The notes: generated by a model not told the origin, from the letters alone. DNA of 64,000 bases from Chiloscyllium plagiosum (GCF_004010195.1 NC_057744.1:29253055-29317054), one strand, 5' to 3'; shown: positions 25,483 through 37,877, counted from the stretch's first letter. A program made the numbers and translations.

Positions 25483-26410
25483 GAGTCCTACAGCATGAAA
25501 ACAGACCTTCTCTCCAACCAGGCCATGCCAACCATGTTCCCAAACTAACCTAATCCACTTGGCTGCAATTGGCCCATATCCCTCCAAACATTCTTACCCC
25601 ATGTCCTTACCCCATCCTCACATAGTAAACTTTGTTATTCACACGGTCTGCTATTACACAAAAACCATTGCTCGCCACTAATAATCCCCATTAATAGCTG
25701 TACACCCTCTTTGCCAGATTGTTATCCTTTCCTTTGCCCAACTGTTCTTCTCTCTCTTTGGGCTCTATCCTAATCATTTACCCCTTTCTCCCTCGCTCCA
25801 CCCTATCTTCTGCTTATAAACCCACATTTTCCTCGCTACCATCAGTTCTGAGGAAGGGTAACTGGACCCAAAACATTAACTCTGATTTTTCTTGACAGAT
25901 GGTGCCAGACATGCTGAGCTTTTATCGCAATTTCTGTTTTGCTTCCTTATTCATTAATGTATCCAAATGTATTTTAAATGTTGTAACTGTACCTGCATCC
26001 ATCACTTTGTCTGGCAACTCATTCCACACGCAAACTAGTCTCTGTGTAAAAGGATTGCCCTTCATATGCTTTTTAAATATTTCTCCTCTCATCTTGAATA
26101 TATGCCCCTTGTTTTGAACTACCCCACCCAGTGAAAAAGATCCTTGTAATTCACTTTATCTATGTCCTCATGAATTTGTATACCTCAGTAAGGTCACCCC
26201 TCAAGCTCTTAATTGCCAATGAAAAAAGGCCCAGTTTTTCCAGTCTATTTTTATATCTCAAACCCTCCGTTCCTGGTAACACCCTAATAAATCTTTTTGA
26301 ACTCTCCAGTTTAGTAATAACTGGGTGACCAGTATTGCACACAATACTCCAGAAGAGGCCTCACCAATGTCCTCAACATGACACCCCAACTCCTATATTC
26401 AAAGGTCTGG
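25483..26410 (-). mobile_element. CR1/HER1 3' fragment interrupted by a PLE terminus
   Basis: ORF KRFIRVLPGTEGLRYKNRLEKLGLFSL..RGDLTEVYK; tail at 25483-25595. Confidence 0.9.
25597..25942 (+). mobile_element. PLE 3' UTR plus terminus (family D)
   Basis: CTGAGGA 25848-25854 AGGGTAACTGGACCC AAAACATTAACTCTG. Confidence 0.75.
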
Positions 26411-26860
26411 ACTGCTTTTCTGGAATGTCCTTATTTGAGCCAGTTATCACGAGTTCTGGATCTTTGATTGCCATGACCCTGCCCCATGGTTTTGTCCTTC
26501 AATGTTAACTCATGTGCATAAAACACCTATGTATACCCATTGCATTGTCCTCGCTCTCATCAGATTTCACAAACATGGTAGCAGTACCACTGTCAAAGGT
26601 TTGTGGTCACCATTCCCACATTTGTACCAACCACCAGCCCGATCCCTACCCCACAGGTTCAGTTGCCACTCCCCCAGTACAGTTCCTCAGACCATTCAGT
26701 TTTTATCTCAGGGAGTTGGGTTTTGGCTCATCAGGTCGTGCAACATCTTTGAAGTGAGAAATGGAAATTAAGTTGATATTGATGGCCTTTCATCAGGATC
26801 AGACAACGTCAGAGATGTTTTGCGTTTTAAGCAAATGGACAACCACAGAAAGGGGAGAGA

Positions 26861-27171
26861 TAGGCGGCTCAGTGGTTAGCACTGATGCCTCACAGCACCA
26901 GGGTCCCAGGTTCGATTCCAGCCTCGAACCTGTCTGTGTGGAGTTTGCACATTCTCCCCGTGTCTGCATGGGTTTCCTCCGGGTGCTCCAGTTTCCTCCC
27001 ACAGTCCAAAGATGTGCAGGTCAGGTGGATTGGCCATGTTAAATTGCCTGTAGTGTTAGGTGTACTAGTCAGAGGGAAATGGGTCTGGATGGGTTACTCT
27101 TCAGAGGTCAGTGAGGACTAGTTGGGCCGAAGAGCCTGTTTCCATACTGTAGGGAATCTAATCTAATCTAA
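26861..27171 (+). mobile_element. HE1 SINE
   Basis: GGCTCAGTGGTTAG A-box, GGTTCGATTCC B-box, (AATCT)n tail. Confidence 0.95.
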
Positions 27172-28763
27172 TAATGGAATAGAGAAAGATCTGCAATAAG
27201 CAGGAATGCCAAAATAATAATCACGAGGATGGTGCAAGGCAAAAAGGAGATGCTAATGGGACAATAAAGGAACAGTATAATTGCAGCAGTTGCACAATCA
27301 TTACAAAGCTTGCCATCCAGAAAAGATGGGAGAGGAAATAAAAATCTGAAATTATGGAACGCAGCAATGAGTCCAGAATTGTATCAAGTGCCAAACTCAA
27401 AAGATGAGGTGATGTTGCTCGAAGTTTTATTAAGTTTTATTAACAGCAATGAAGCCTGAGGATAGAGGAGTCAGAGTGCAACTGGGGTAGAGAATAAAAA
27501 TTAAAGGAATGTGTTCCACAAAGTGAACAGTCAAGTTAACTCCCCTGCAGCTCTTCAAACAATCCACAGTGATATATAAGGGACTGAAAAGGTTAATATT
27601 TTAGCATCGCACACTGTGATGATGACATACAGGTTTGGTTGGAGAATTGTTTAGGATCTCAAAGGAGGGAGACCTAACATCCAGGTCCTGTTCATATTCT
27701 CTGTACCAATGTCTGTCCCCTATGACTCTAAATCAATGTAACCTTAACATGCAATTTAAGAACCTCTTCTAGATAGACCCATAGGTAATTTTCCTTGACC
27801 ACACTCAACCAAGCAGGCCTTGTAGATTTCTATACTTAAATGGATGGCGACAGCAAATATATCCTATGGTGAAGTGTGAACTCAGTTGGACTGCACATTG
27901 ATGCTCCTGTATCTGCCATAAAGACACTTCACCTGAAAAATGACACCTCAACAGTGCATCACTCCCTCAGCTCAGATTTTACTATCAGATTTGTCGAATC
28001 GGACTTGAAGCTTTCAGTGCTGCTGGCAAGATTCAGGAGACGGCACTTCCCATGTTATGGCTGCACAGATCTCCCACTCAGTGATAATGATGGCAATATC
28101 ACCCGAAACCCAGACTGGCACCTGTGCACATTCTCTCTGCAGGAAAGGGCACCAAATAGCCTCTTCAATATCAGTGTCACACTGCGTAACAAATACCCCC
28201 ATGGAGAGCTGTGAAATATTATCCCAATTAAAGGGAGCCATAATTAACTTTGAATTCAACGTCAACCTTTATGGGTCACATTGTGCTTGAATTTAACATT
28301 TACTAAATGCTCCCACATATTGTTCTTTAGTCTTTTGAGCTCTTTTTAAGTGCAAAACATCAAAAAGATTACAGGCAATGCTCTAAATCTAACAAACTTC
28401 ATTTCTTTTCTGCTGCATTTGAGAAGTTTTGAAAGCAAGCTTGCCTTTGAAGTAAAGTATCTCTACATTTCAAATTCCAACCATCTGTTTGGCCCAAAGA
28501 CACGCAGCTCGGGCAGTAAATTAGAAGCACTTCCTGCCTTTAATAGGATTGGTGCAGATGTTACAGCAGGCATTACCTGTGGGGAATCTCATTAATAAAT
28601 AATAACTCTGATTTTTCTGTTTAAATCCCAATCTTTCAACATGGGTATCATTACAATAATTCTCATAGACAATGGGCTTGCAAATTCTACTTTACTAATT
28701 AGCGTAAATATTCGTTTGGCCAAGTACCACCCTAGCCAGCCTTGCCCCTTGTGTGCGGCCTAT

Positions 28764-28777
28764 GTTGCCATGGTAAC
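28764..28777. promoter_or_regulatory. RFX X-box motif in a repeat-free candidate enhancer
   Basis: GTTGCCATGGTAAC, 13/14 match to the palindromic GTTGCCATGGCAAC. Confidence 0.45.
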
Positions 28778-28989
28778 TTCATGCCGAAGTGCCCGCTGTT
28801 GCCAATACAGTGATGTCATGGAGGCTTACTCCTTGAGCCCGTAATGCTGATTTAAGTATTAGCCAGAGCAGGCTGGCTGTCTAGTACTGGTGTGCGGTCG
28901 AAACTATCTCAAATTCATGCATTATCGTCTTGTCACTCACTCAAGGGTCTTATGTCCTGGTAAAAGATCAATGCAGCTGGAAGCAAAAC

Positions 28990-29400
28990 AAAAGACTTGC
29001 ATTTGTATAGCACCACTCACAACCATGGACATCTCAAAGCACTTTACAGTCAGTGAAATACTTTTGACATGTAATCACTGATGAAATGTAGGAAATGCAC
29101 CAGCCAATGTGCACACTGAACATATCCAGTTTCTATATCAGCAGTGTGATAATGGCTAGATATTCTGTTTTAAGCAAATTGCTTAAATACTGGTCTGGGC
29201 ACCAGGGATGATTTCCCTATTTTTCTTTGCAAAGGTGTCATGTGATCATCTGCACCCACCTGAGAGGGCAGACAGAGGCTTGATTTAGAATCCCTGAATA
29301 AAGATGGCACCTACACCAGAGTAACACTTCTACCGCTCGACAGTGGAGAATCAGCATTGATATTTTGTACTCAAGTCTTGGATTGGAACTTGACCTCGCA
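28990..29400 (-). mobile_element. SacSINE1/DeuSINE-like SINE
   Basis: AAAGACTTGCATTTGTATAGCACC...CACCCACCTGAGAGGGCAGAC...GGAACTTGACC. Confidence 0.7.
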
Positions 29401-29744
29401 ATTTTGTGACATGGGTTTGAAGTGCTCTTGGCATTCTGTGAGAAAGACATTTGGTGGAAAAGAGAAGTCCAGGACATGATCTAACTGAAGTTTACAAAGT
29501 TGTGAAGGATATTATTTAAAGTAGGGAAAGTTAGGAAACATTTATTCCCAGGATGACTGGTCTGCAAGTGGAATTGTTGATTTAAAAGTCTGAAACATCT
29601 AAAGGAGCATTATTGCTCAATAGCGATCCATTACGAAATAGATATAGAGAAGGAGCAGGAACTTATGAGTAGATCTACATATTGTCATTGTTCAGGGGCT
29701 ACTCAAGCTGTTAAAATCCTGTGTGTCAGGCAGGTAGCATGGCA

Positions 29745-29935
29745 CATTTACAGCCTGAGTGTGTTGGCTCGTATGCAGTGAGGAGAGATGCCAATGTTGT
29801 GGGTTCAATTCCTGCATGAACTTAGATTGCTGTGGAGGTCCCACTTTATCAACCTCCCACCTTTAGCCTGAGGCATGGTGACTCTCAGATTAAACCACCA
29901 TGAGTTGCCTCCCTCAGATGGAAGAGGACTTTACA
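29745..29935 (+). mobile_element. Third tRNA-type SINE family (second copy reversed at 47175-47352)
   Basis: GGGTTCAATTCC B-box...GCCTGAGGCATGGTGACTCTCAGATTAAACCA; the reverse complement matches 47220-47320. Confidence 0.65.
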
Positions 29936-30627
29936 TTCACTGCCCACATCTTGATTCACCTCCTACTCTTACTTACTGCATTCCATTTCAAATCAATTTC
30001 TTCAAGTTTCTTTTCTCATAGGAAGCACCACATGCACAAACAAACCTCAAATTAAAAATATCGGAGCCCACTGTTGGATCTCTTGAGCTGTTGTGTGGAA
30101 GGTCTGAACCAAAGAAGGCTCGTATGCACCATTGGCACAGTATACATTTTTGCGTTAACAAATACAACTTCTTATTTTAATTCTCAGGAACAGCTTGAAT
30201 GGTGAGATTCTACTCCAGATGTGGAGCCCCATTAGCCCCATCATCTCAAAATGAGATGGAAGTGTTAACTTGGCTCCAATCTCCAATCTGGCTTCCCCTC
30301 TAGCCAAGCTTCACATTGGTATAGAACATAATTCCATGGAAGTACACATCAGGAATTGGGTCACGGAAGTCAACTGGCCCTATTGAATTTTCTATTTCGA
30401 GCTTCTACTTCTCTTCCTCCTCAAACCTAGTGTGCCATCTTGTCAGCTCCCCGTTTGTCCTCCTCTGAACGGCAGATGTCCACATACAATATTTGTAACA
30501 TTAATGGAGAAACTGAATGCTAGGGCACCAACTCAGTGCATTCATCTTTAGCAGCTATTGGCTTTTAGAAGAGACCATTATCTACGTTAGAAAATTGTGA
30601 CAAACATTCAGAAGCAAGTCATTTGTC

Positions 30628-31290
30628 GAGTCATAGAGTCATACAGCATAGAAACAGAACCATTGGTCCAACTAGTCCACACTGACCACTTTTCCAAACT
30701 AAACTAATCCCACCTGCCTGCACTTGGCCCATATCTCTTCAAATATTTCCTATGCATTAACTCATCTAAATGTCTTTTAAATGTTGTAACTGTACCTGCA
30801 TTCATCATTTCCTCTGCCAATTCATTCCGCACACAAACTACTCTCTGTGTAAAGAAGTTGCCCCTCATGTCCTTTTTAAATCTTTCTCCTCTCACCTTAA
30901 AAATATGTCTGCTAGTTTTGAACTACCCCACCCTAATGAAAAGACCCTTGTCATTCACTTTATCTGTGTCCCTAATGGTTTTATAAACCTCAATAAGATC
31001 ACTCCTCAACTGCTAAGGTCCAGTGAAAAAAAGTCCCAGTCTTTCCAATCTATTTTCATATTCTCAAACCCTCCATTTCTGGCAACATCCTGGTAAATCG
31101 TTTCTGAACCCTCTCCAATCTAATAATATCCTTCCTGTAACTGGGTGACCAGAACTGGCTGCAGTACTCCAGAAGAGGCCTCATCAACTTCCTGCACAAC
31201 CCCAACATGACATCCCAACTCCCATACTCAAAGGTCTGAGCAATGACAGCAAGCATGCTAAACATCATCTTCACCCCACTGTCTACCTGG
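30628..31290 (-). mobile_element. CR1/HER1 3' fragment
   Basis: ORFs RPLLEYCSQFWSP..LERVQKRFTRM and GNFFTQRVV; (CATAGAGT)n tail. Confidence 0.95.
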
Positions 31291-31912
31291 GCATTCTGTC
31301 AGGAGAATAGAAGTCAATTACGTTTACGTCAGGATTTCATGTCCTTTGGTATAACTACTGCTTACCAACCAATTGTTCATTTATTGAAGCGTTGTAACTG
31401 TGTGACAGCCAACTGAAACACAGCAAATTCTCACACAAATAGCAATGTGAAAACTGACCAGCTAATCTGCTTTTGTAGATATTGGAAGGTTGGGGTGAAT
31501 GCAGTTCAAATATTCTCAGCGATCCTTAACATCCAGCTCAGTCATTAGAACAGACTTCTGTTAAAGGACAGCATCTCTGAAGTAAAAGTGAACATCATGC
31601 ATGCCAGGAGGTTGGTCTGGCCTCAGCAGTTATCCGCAGTTTAGGTTAGATTAAAATGTCTACTCTCGTGTTAGCTTGGTTCACTGAATACACTGTAGCT
31701 TGCACATGGAGTTTGAAAATTGTGGAATTAAGTCCCTTGAGAGAATATAGTCAAGTTAACACTTCAGTGCAGTGCTGAGGGAGTGTTGCATTGTTGAACG
31801 TAATGTTCTGTGTGAGATATTGTATAGTCTGAATGCTCAGGTGGATGGAAAGCAGTCTCTGGCCTGATTGGGAGAACAAAGAGATCTTATTGTAAAACTA
31901 TCAACATTACTC

Positions 31913-32230
31913 AGAATCACAAAATTATGGAATTATTACAGTGCTGAATGAGGCCATTAGGCCTCTCGTGCCTGCACCAGCTCACTGAAGATGTTACCTA
32001 CTATGGTGATGAAACGTCTAAAAATGAACCTTCCAGCTCAGTGAGCAAACCTACATCCTGAACCTCAACCTGAGCTACAAATCTTCTCAAAACTCTGCAC
32101 CAGCTCTGTTATCTAGAGCCAATCTCCTGCCATTTCCGGATATCCCTGCACAGCCTTATTATCTAAATAACCATCCGACGTCCTCTTGAATGCTTCAGTC
32201 CCTGCCTCCACCAGATTACCAGGCAAACGT
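31913..32230 (-). mobile_element. Old CR1 3' end hosting a PLE micro-insertion
   Basis: AGAATCACA..GAGGCCATT..CCTCTTGAATGC..CCAGGC. Confidence 0.7.
31984..32094 (+). mobile_element. 111-bp PLE-derived insertion (family E) starting at a hammerhead core
   Basis: CTGAAGA(31985-31991) T GTTACC TACTAT GGTGAT GAAACGTC(32011-32018); perfect 12-bp TSD CTGCACCAGCTC at 31972-31983 and 32095-32106. Confidence 0.88.
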
Positions 32231-33103
32231 TCCCAAACATCATGAGAATAGGGCTAGATTAACTGCTCACATGGATGACTTGCAGTGTTGTGGAATTGCT
32301 CTGTGCTGTTGGCCACTGTCACTTTGTTTACTGACAAAACAGCAGTGATGGCACTTTATAAATAAATCACTGGCTGTGCAGGATCGAAGGATGGGGGTTG
32401 GTTGGTGGAGTTTGGGTTCAGGCTGCAGCCATGACACAGCTCTATGCTGATCTTCAATCTCACGTTAACTGAAACACGTTAACCGATTCAGAAAGTCCCA
32501 CAAACTGAATGAGTATGAGTACGTGCTGTGTGATTATGCAAGTTTGAAGAAAAGCCATGGACCATGAATGAAGGAATGATGGAGCCTGGACACAGCTGCT
32601 GCACAAAATCAGCAAGGCTTTAAATTTATCAGATGTGTGGCTCTACTTGGAGAGTTGCAATCAAGCAGGATCTAGGAGTCTAAACACAACCCTGGAATGA
32701 AAGACTGGCACAGTCATTGCTGTTGGAATATCCCCTTAGTCTGGGTTTCCTACAAATACACACACCATTAGAGATTGTGACTACGTTGTCCAGCAAAGCC
32801 CAGCCAACTTTGAAATGAAATTTCAGCTTCAATATGCCAGTTGCCACGGTGAGCGCTGGTCTGATTTCACTCACGATTTGTGAAGTGTATAGAAATCAAT
32901 TTTGCCTTGTTGTGGGGAAAACCACCTGCCTAGGAGTCAGAGTCGGGGTTCAACGACAGAGTTTATTGTACAAGGAAATACCTGAGCTCTGGGGAGAGAA
33001 AGACACCAACAGCACAGTGGTCAGCTGCGATTCTTCTCTCAACTCGGGAGCACATGTCAAGACACTTTTATACATTTTGTGATCTAATAAGTCAGTGATG
33101 AGG

Positions 33104-33855
33104 AAAGTCTTGGCCTGCTGTGGTGTCAGGTCTGCCAGCTACCTGCCTCCACTTATCTGCTGGGCAAGCTGCCCAGACCAGCTGGTGTATGTCCGTCAGG
33201 CATAGTTGGTGCCCTACCCATACACTATACAGCTCTTCCGAGAACCTGGTGTTTGCACCCTGGGGCTATAATTTGCCCAAGGAGGCCATAGTTTGCTGCC
33301 TCTCCCCTGGGGTAAAGGGTTTATAATTTGCTTTGGGCTCTGAGTCTGTTCCTCCTCTTGTCACGGGCACTAAGTTGGACGAACCATGCACTCTTGGTTC
33401 ATCCAACAGAGGGAGAAGTTGGTCTCTGCTGGACGGTTTCATATCTCCCTTTCCTCCTGTACTTTTTCTAATCTTTGTTCTAGCTCTTTTGTCCCGTCCT
33501 CCAGCACCTCAATTCATTCTTGGCCTTTTCTCCACCTGCTAGTGGAGGCACCTACTTGTTCAATTAGGCCTGCTAATTGGTACACTAACATTACTCCTAT
33601 CTTCTTAGTTTTATTTTGTTTCTGTTTCTCTATCGACTCTCTCTGTTGTGCTAATGTCTGGGATGGATCCCAACCACTTTTCTTATTTAGCTCTGTCAAC
33701 CCTAGTCTGTCTGCCTTGTATTTGTCAATAAGGGAACCTGCAGTATCCCCCCTTAAAACTTTGATCTTCCATTTAGCAGATTCTGTATCCCTGGATACCT
33801 CACCAGTGAGGACTTCTCTACCCCTAAACAATAATACTGTCCCAGCACTGTCCAT
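33104..33855 (-). pseudogene. gag: Retroviral gag-like pseudogene (N-terminal region, coiled coil, capsid N-terminus)
   Basis: Hand translation MDSAGTVLL...EVLEDGTKELEQRLEKVQEER...YKPFTPGERQQTMASLGKL*PQGANTRFSEELYSVWVGHQLCLTDIHQLVWAACPADKWRQV; 3 stops and 1 frameshift. Confidence 0.6.
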
Positions 33856-34507
33856 ATGGTCATAGCAGCCTCCTGGCAAAGTGTCCTTTCTACTGGTGGG
33901 ACTTCTCTACCCTCCCAGCCACCACTACTAGTCAGTACCTACTGGTCGGCTGGGAATGCTGGTTCAATAGGGTGTACTGTCTGCCGGGACTCCTCTACCC
34001 CGGCTACCTCTACTGACCCAACACCTCCCAATAGGCCCAGAAACCTACCTCTCGCCCGGTGTGTTCTCTACTGGTGGGACTCTTTACCCACCCACCCAGC
34101 CACCACCACTACTCAGGCTCTGTCATTCTCCTGTGGACTGACAGGGTATCACGGTTACTCACAGTTTCCACACTCTCCACCTTGGTAATATGCACTCCAC
34201 TGAGGTTTGGCTCTTGGTCAGAGTGATCAACACTTCTTTCTCAATGCATTGGAAATTACAAATACAAACAACATCCAACTTTTAATGTAAATTCGAACTG
34301 AACTCTGCATTGTTCACCCCGACAGAGTCCAGTGTTGCCTGACTTTGCCACTTGTGCTTCACAACCCCTTGGCGCCTCAAATTCCCACTTTCAAATCCCA
34401 ACCTTCGTGTGGGAGGGGTGGGGGGGCTGTCGATGGTGAGTGGCTACCCCTCTTAACAACTGGTTTAGGGCAGGGTCTTGGAGACAGGCATTATCTTGTC
34501 CTCTAGG

Positions 34508-34766
34508 TAAAAACAATGACTGCAGATGCTGGAAACCAGATTCTGGATTAGTGGTGCTGGAAGAGCACAGCAGTTCAGGCAGCATCCAAGGAGCAGTGAA
34601 ATCGACGTTTCGGGCAAAAGCCCTTCATCAGGAATAAAGGCAGTGAGCCTGAAGCGTGGAGAGATAAGCTAGAGGCGGGTGGGGGTTGGGAGAAAGTAGC
34701 ATAGATTACAATGGGTGAGTGGGGTAGGGGATGAAGGTGATAGGTCAGGGAGGAGAGGGTGGAGTG
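34508..34766 (-). mobile_element. PLE 3' terminus (family A variant) running into the gap
   Basis: AAAACAATGACTGCAGATGCTGG...; G-rich (+) UTR; intact hammerhead motif. Confidence 0.85.
34600..34635 (-). ncRNA. Intact minimal hammerhead motif
   Basis: Minus strand ATTC CTGATGA A GGGC TTTT GCCC GAAACGTC GATT. Confidence 0.7.
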
Positions 34767-35219
34767 NNNNNNNNNNNNNNNNNNNNNNNNNNNNNNNNNN
34801 NNNNNNNNNNNNNNNNNNNNNNNNNNNNNNNNNNNNNNNNNNNNNNNNNNNNNNNNNNNNNNNNNNNNNNNNNNNNNNNNNNNNNNNNNNNNNNNNNNNN
34901 NNNNNNNNNNNNNNNNNNNNNNNNNNNNNNNNNNNNNNNNNNNNNNNNNNNNNNNNNNNNNNNNNNNNNNNNNNNNNNNNNNNNNNNNNNNNNNNNNNNN
35001 NNNNNNNNNNNNNNNNNNNNNNNNNNNNNNNNNNNNNNNNNNNNNNNNNNNNNNNNNNNNNNNNNNNNNNNNNNNNNNNNNNNNNNNNNNNNNNNNNNNN
35101 NNNNNNNNNNNNNNNNNNNNNNNNNNNNNNNNNNNNNNNNNNNNNNNNNNNNNNNNNNNNNNNNNNNNNNNNNNNNNNNNNNNNNNNNNNNNNNNNNNNN
35201 NNNNNNNNNNNNNNNNNNN
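34767..35219. other. Assembly gap (453 N)
   Basis: Run of n. Confidence 1.
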
Positions 35220-35549
35220 TTACTGAAGTCCATATAGATCACATCTACTGCTCTACCTTCATCAATCCTCTTTGTTACTTCTTCAAAAAACTCAATCAAT
35301 TTTGTGTGACATGATTTTCCACGCACAAAGCCATGTTGACTATCCCTAATCAGTCCTTGCCTTTCCAAATACATGTACATCCTGTCCCTCAGGATTCCCT
35401 CCAACAACATTCGCACCACCGATGTCAGGCTCACTGGTCTATAGTTCCCCGGCTTGTCCTTACCACCTTTCTTAAACAGTAGCATCACATTAGCCAACCT
35501 TCAGTCTTCCAGCACCTCACCTGTGACTATCGATGATACAAATATCTCA
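35220..35549 (-). mobile_element. CR1/HER1 RT fragment running into the gap
   Basis: LFKKGGKDKPGNYRPVSLTSVV..SQHGFVRGKSC..FFEEVT..VDVIYMDFS. Confidence 0.95.
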
Positions 35550-35631
35550 GTCAAGATACTTTTATACATTTTGTGATATAATAGGTCAATGATGAGGTTA
35601 TTGTCTCTGTAACGTGGTTTGTTTATTGTAA

Positions 35632-35750
35632 ACATTGCAGAATCATTGATAGTTTCGATGCAGTCATTGTCAGTTCCAGCGCAGTCTTTGTTAATTTCAG
35701 CATGGCTGTTGTCAGTTTCAGTGCAGACATTGTCAGTTTCAATGTCTGCA
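35632..35750. repeat. About 21-bp degenerate tandem repeat (5-6 units) in LTR U3
   Basis: Unit approx. CATTGTCAGTTTCAGTGCAGT; 7-aa periodicity in ORF 35501..35761. Confidence 0.75.
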
Positions 35751-37877
35751 CGGAAATCCATTGCTGTAGTAATGGGCGCTAATCCCTCTTCCTGAGAATG
35801 ATGATTACTGCAGCCCTGGCTATTAGCACTTTGTATTGAGTCTGTATCAAACTGTTAGCATTTCTATAAAAGGTGTTGGCTGGACCCAAACATTTCAGTC
35901 GGCAGTATATGCTACTCATGTGTATTCACTCCCCCATCCACTTTAAACTAACTAACTAGGCTATGAGTGCATTGTGCTGGCTTTCTGGTGGCCCCAGGTA
36001 GTGTCTGTGTTTGCTCTGCTGTCTCTCTCCATATTGTGGTCTGGTGGCCATCTTGTGTGTCAAGTGGCCAACATATAGTTCAGCGGCCATCTTGTGTGTC
36101 CATGTGCCCAGTGTCACCCTGCTCCATGCCACCTCCCACTTCAGCCTTCAGTCCCACAAATTGAATCAGAGTGAAGTGTTGTCATCCCAGTACTTTCTCT
36201 GACTTGCACATGGGGACACACACTGGACAGATCAATATTCTGCCAGTTTGACATTACATTGTAAACCTCCCAAATTCAGCTCATTTTAACCTAAACAAAG
36301 TTTAAGCATTGGATAATCTTTGGCTGAAAATCCAAAATATAGTAAGAAGTGTAAATAACAAAGTCAACAAATTGCATTGGTATGGTGTCTTTCACTTATT
36401 TTTGTATTCATTCATGGGATGTGAGTGTTGCCAGCTAAGTCAGCATTCATTGCCCATCCCTCACTGCCCATTGCATTAGGGAGTCAACTACATTTCTATG
36501 TCTGGAGACATGTGTAGACCAAGTTAGGTCATTGATGGAGAAATATCTCTTGGCCTGTTAAAACCAAGTTTTCATGTACATTAAATCTGTATTGTGTCAC
36601 TGTGTTGCCATTTGAACAATCCAAATATTTTAAACATCAGATTACTCAACAGATTGCTTCAAACATTAACCACATTGCAAAAATTAGTGTCTTTACCTTA
36701 TTTCCAAAATGTCTCAACCCCTGAATTCACATGGATTCCATTGAAGTGCAGCAAATATTGTTGCATAGCAGAGTATAATGTCCATGTTGTACACAACAAG
36801 ATCCCACAAATAGTAATGAAGTGGATGGCTATTCAATTGTTTTTAGAGTGGTAGCTGTTGATACAGCAATGCTTGCCAGAACAACATGTGATCTCCCTGC
36901 CCTCTTTCGGGTAGCAACATGGGATTTCCATCTATCTGTTCACGACTTTGTTTTAGTATGTCATTGCAATGATGTGCACCCTCAATAACACCATCATCAA
37001 TCATAGAGTCGTAGAGGTGTACAGCATGGGAAAAGACACTTCAGTCTAAACCATTCACACCAACCTATTGGATTATGAGTTTACTTGCTGGAGTAGAACT
37101 TGAAGTGAAATGGATTCCCTCACAGCTATTGTAGATACATTTTCTGGTCCTTACATACTGTACCTTAACACAATTAGCTTGGGTTGCCTTGTCAAATTGT
37201 AAAGGCATAACAAATGTTGCTAACCATTATGGATCCACTGCCAAGATGGAAATGGTTTCTACCAATTTGGATGCACAAATCTTCACTGTGTGTCGGTCAC
37301 ATCCCATGTGCCTGCATCATCTATAGAGGCCCATTGAGCACCGTCAGCCCTAAGCTACACTTAGCTGGTTCTGGTATTTGCCCAAGATACAATGAACTGG
37401 GGAAATTGCTTTGTGAGCAGAAATCTGGAGGCTGTGCAGAACAGGGTGGTGCAGACGTGGAATGTCCTGTTCCCCAAGGACCAGCAGTGGAGGCTATCAC
37501 ATCGGACCATGTCAGCCTGAACCTTGGATTGCCACCCAGGTTAAAGTAGACTTCACAACATGGAGGGATACCCAGCAATGTGGGAATAAAATCAATTTCC
37601 TTCTCCACTCTGTCAGGGTCATTGCCACTGTCTTCTCTCTGAACCCTCACACTCATTCTACTGTACTGTATTGTACCCACCACCCAACAAAGGTCACACC
37701 GTAAAACTCTCAGGATTGTTCAGACATGTCCTCATCTGCACCAAACTGATGGCTATGCCACATACTTTCATCTCCCACAATATAGGCCACGAAAGGGCAA
37801 AAAGAGTCAGAGATGGTGATATGCTGCTGACAATCGGCTCCAAACCCCTTTATGTTTCTGCTGTAACAACCCTTTGT

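Larger units (their letters stand above)
32911..36158 (-). mobile_element. Internally deleted endogenous retrovirus-like provirus
   Basis: Termini TGTGGG...CCCACA; 48-bp LTR segment in both 33056-33103 and 35550-35597 (44/48); minus-strand TATAAAA 33066-33072 and AATAAA 32962-32967; gag-like remnant between. Confidence 0.7.

Noticed and set aside
26861-26925. tRNA gene (A and B boxes)
   Set aside because: It is the tRNA-derived head of HE1 and continues into the SINE core; the same applies to the other copies
34715-35497. Four long ORFs of 155-250 aa
   Set aside because: They are artefacts of the N gap; only 35220-35497 is real coding-derived sequence (CR1 RT)
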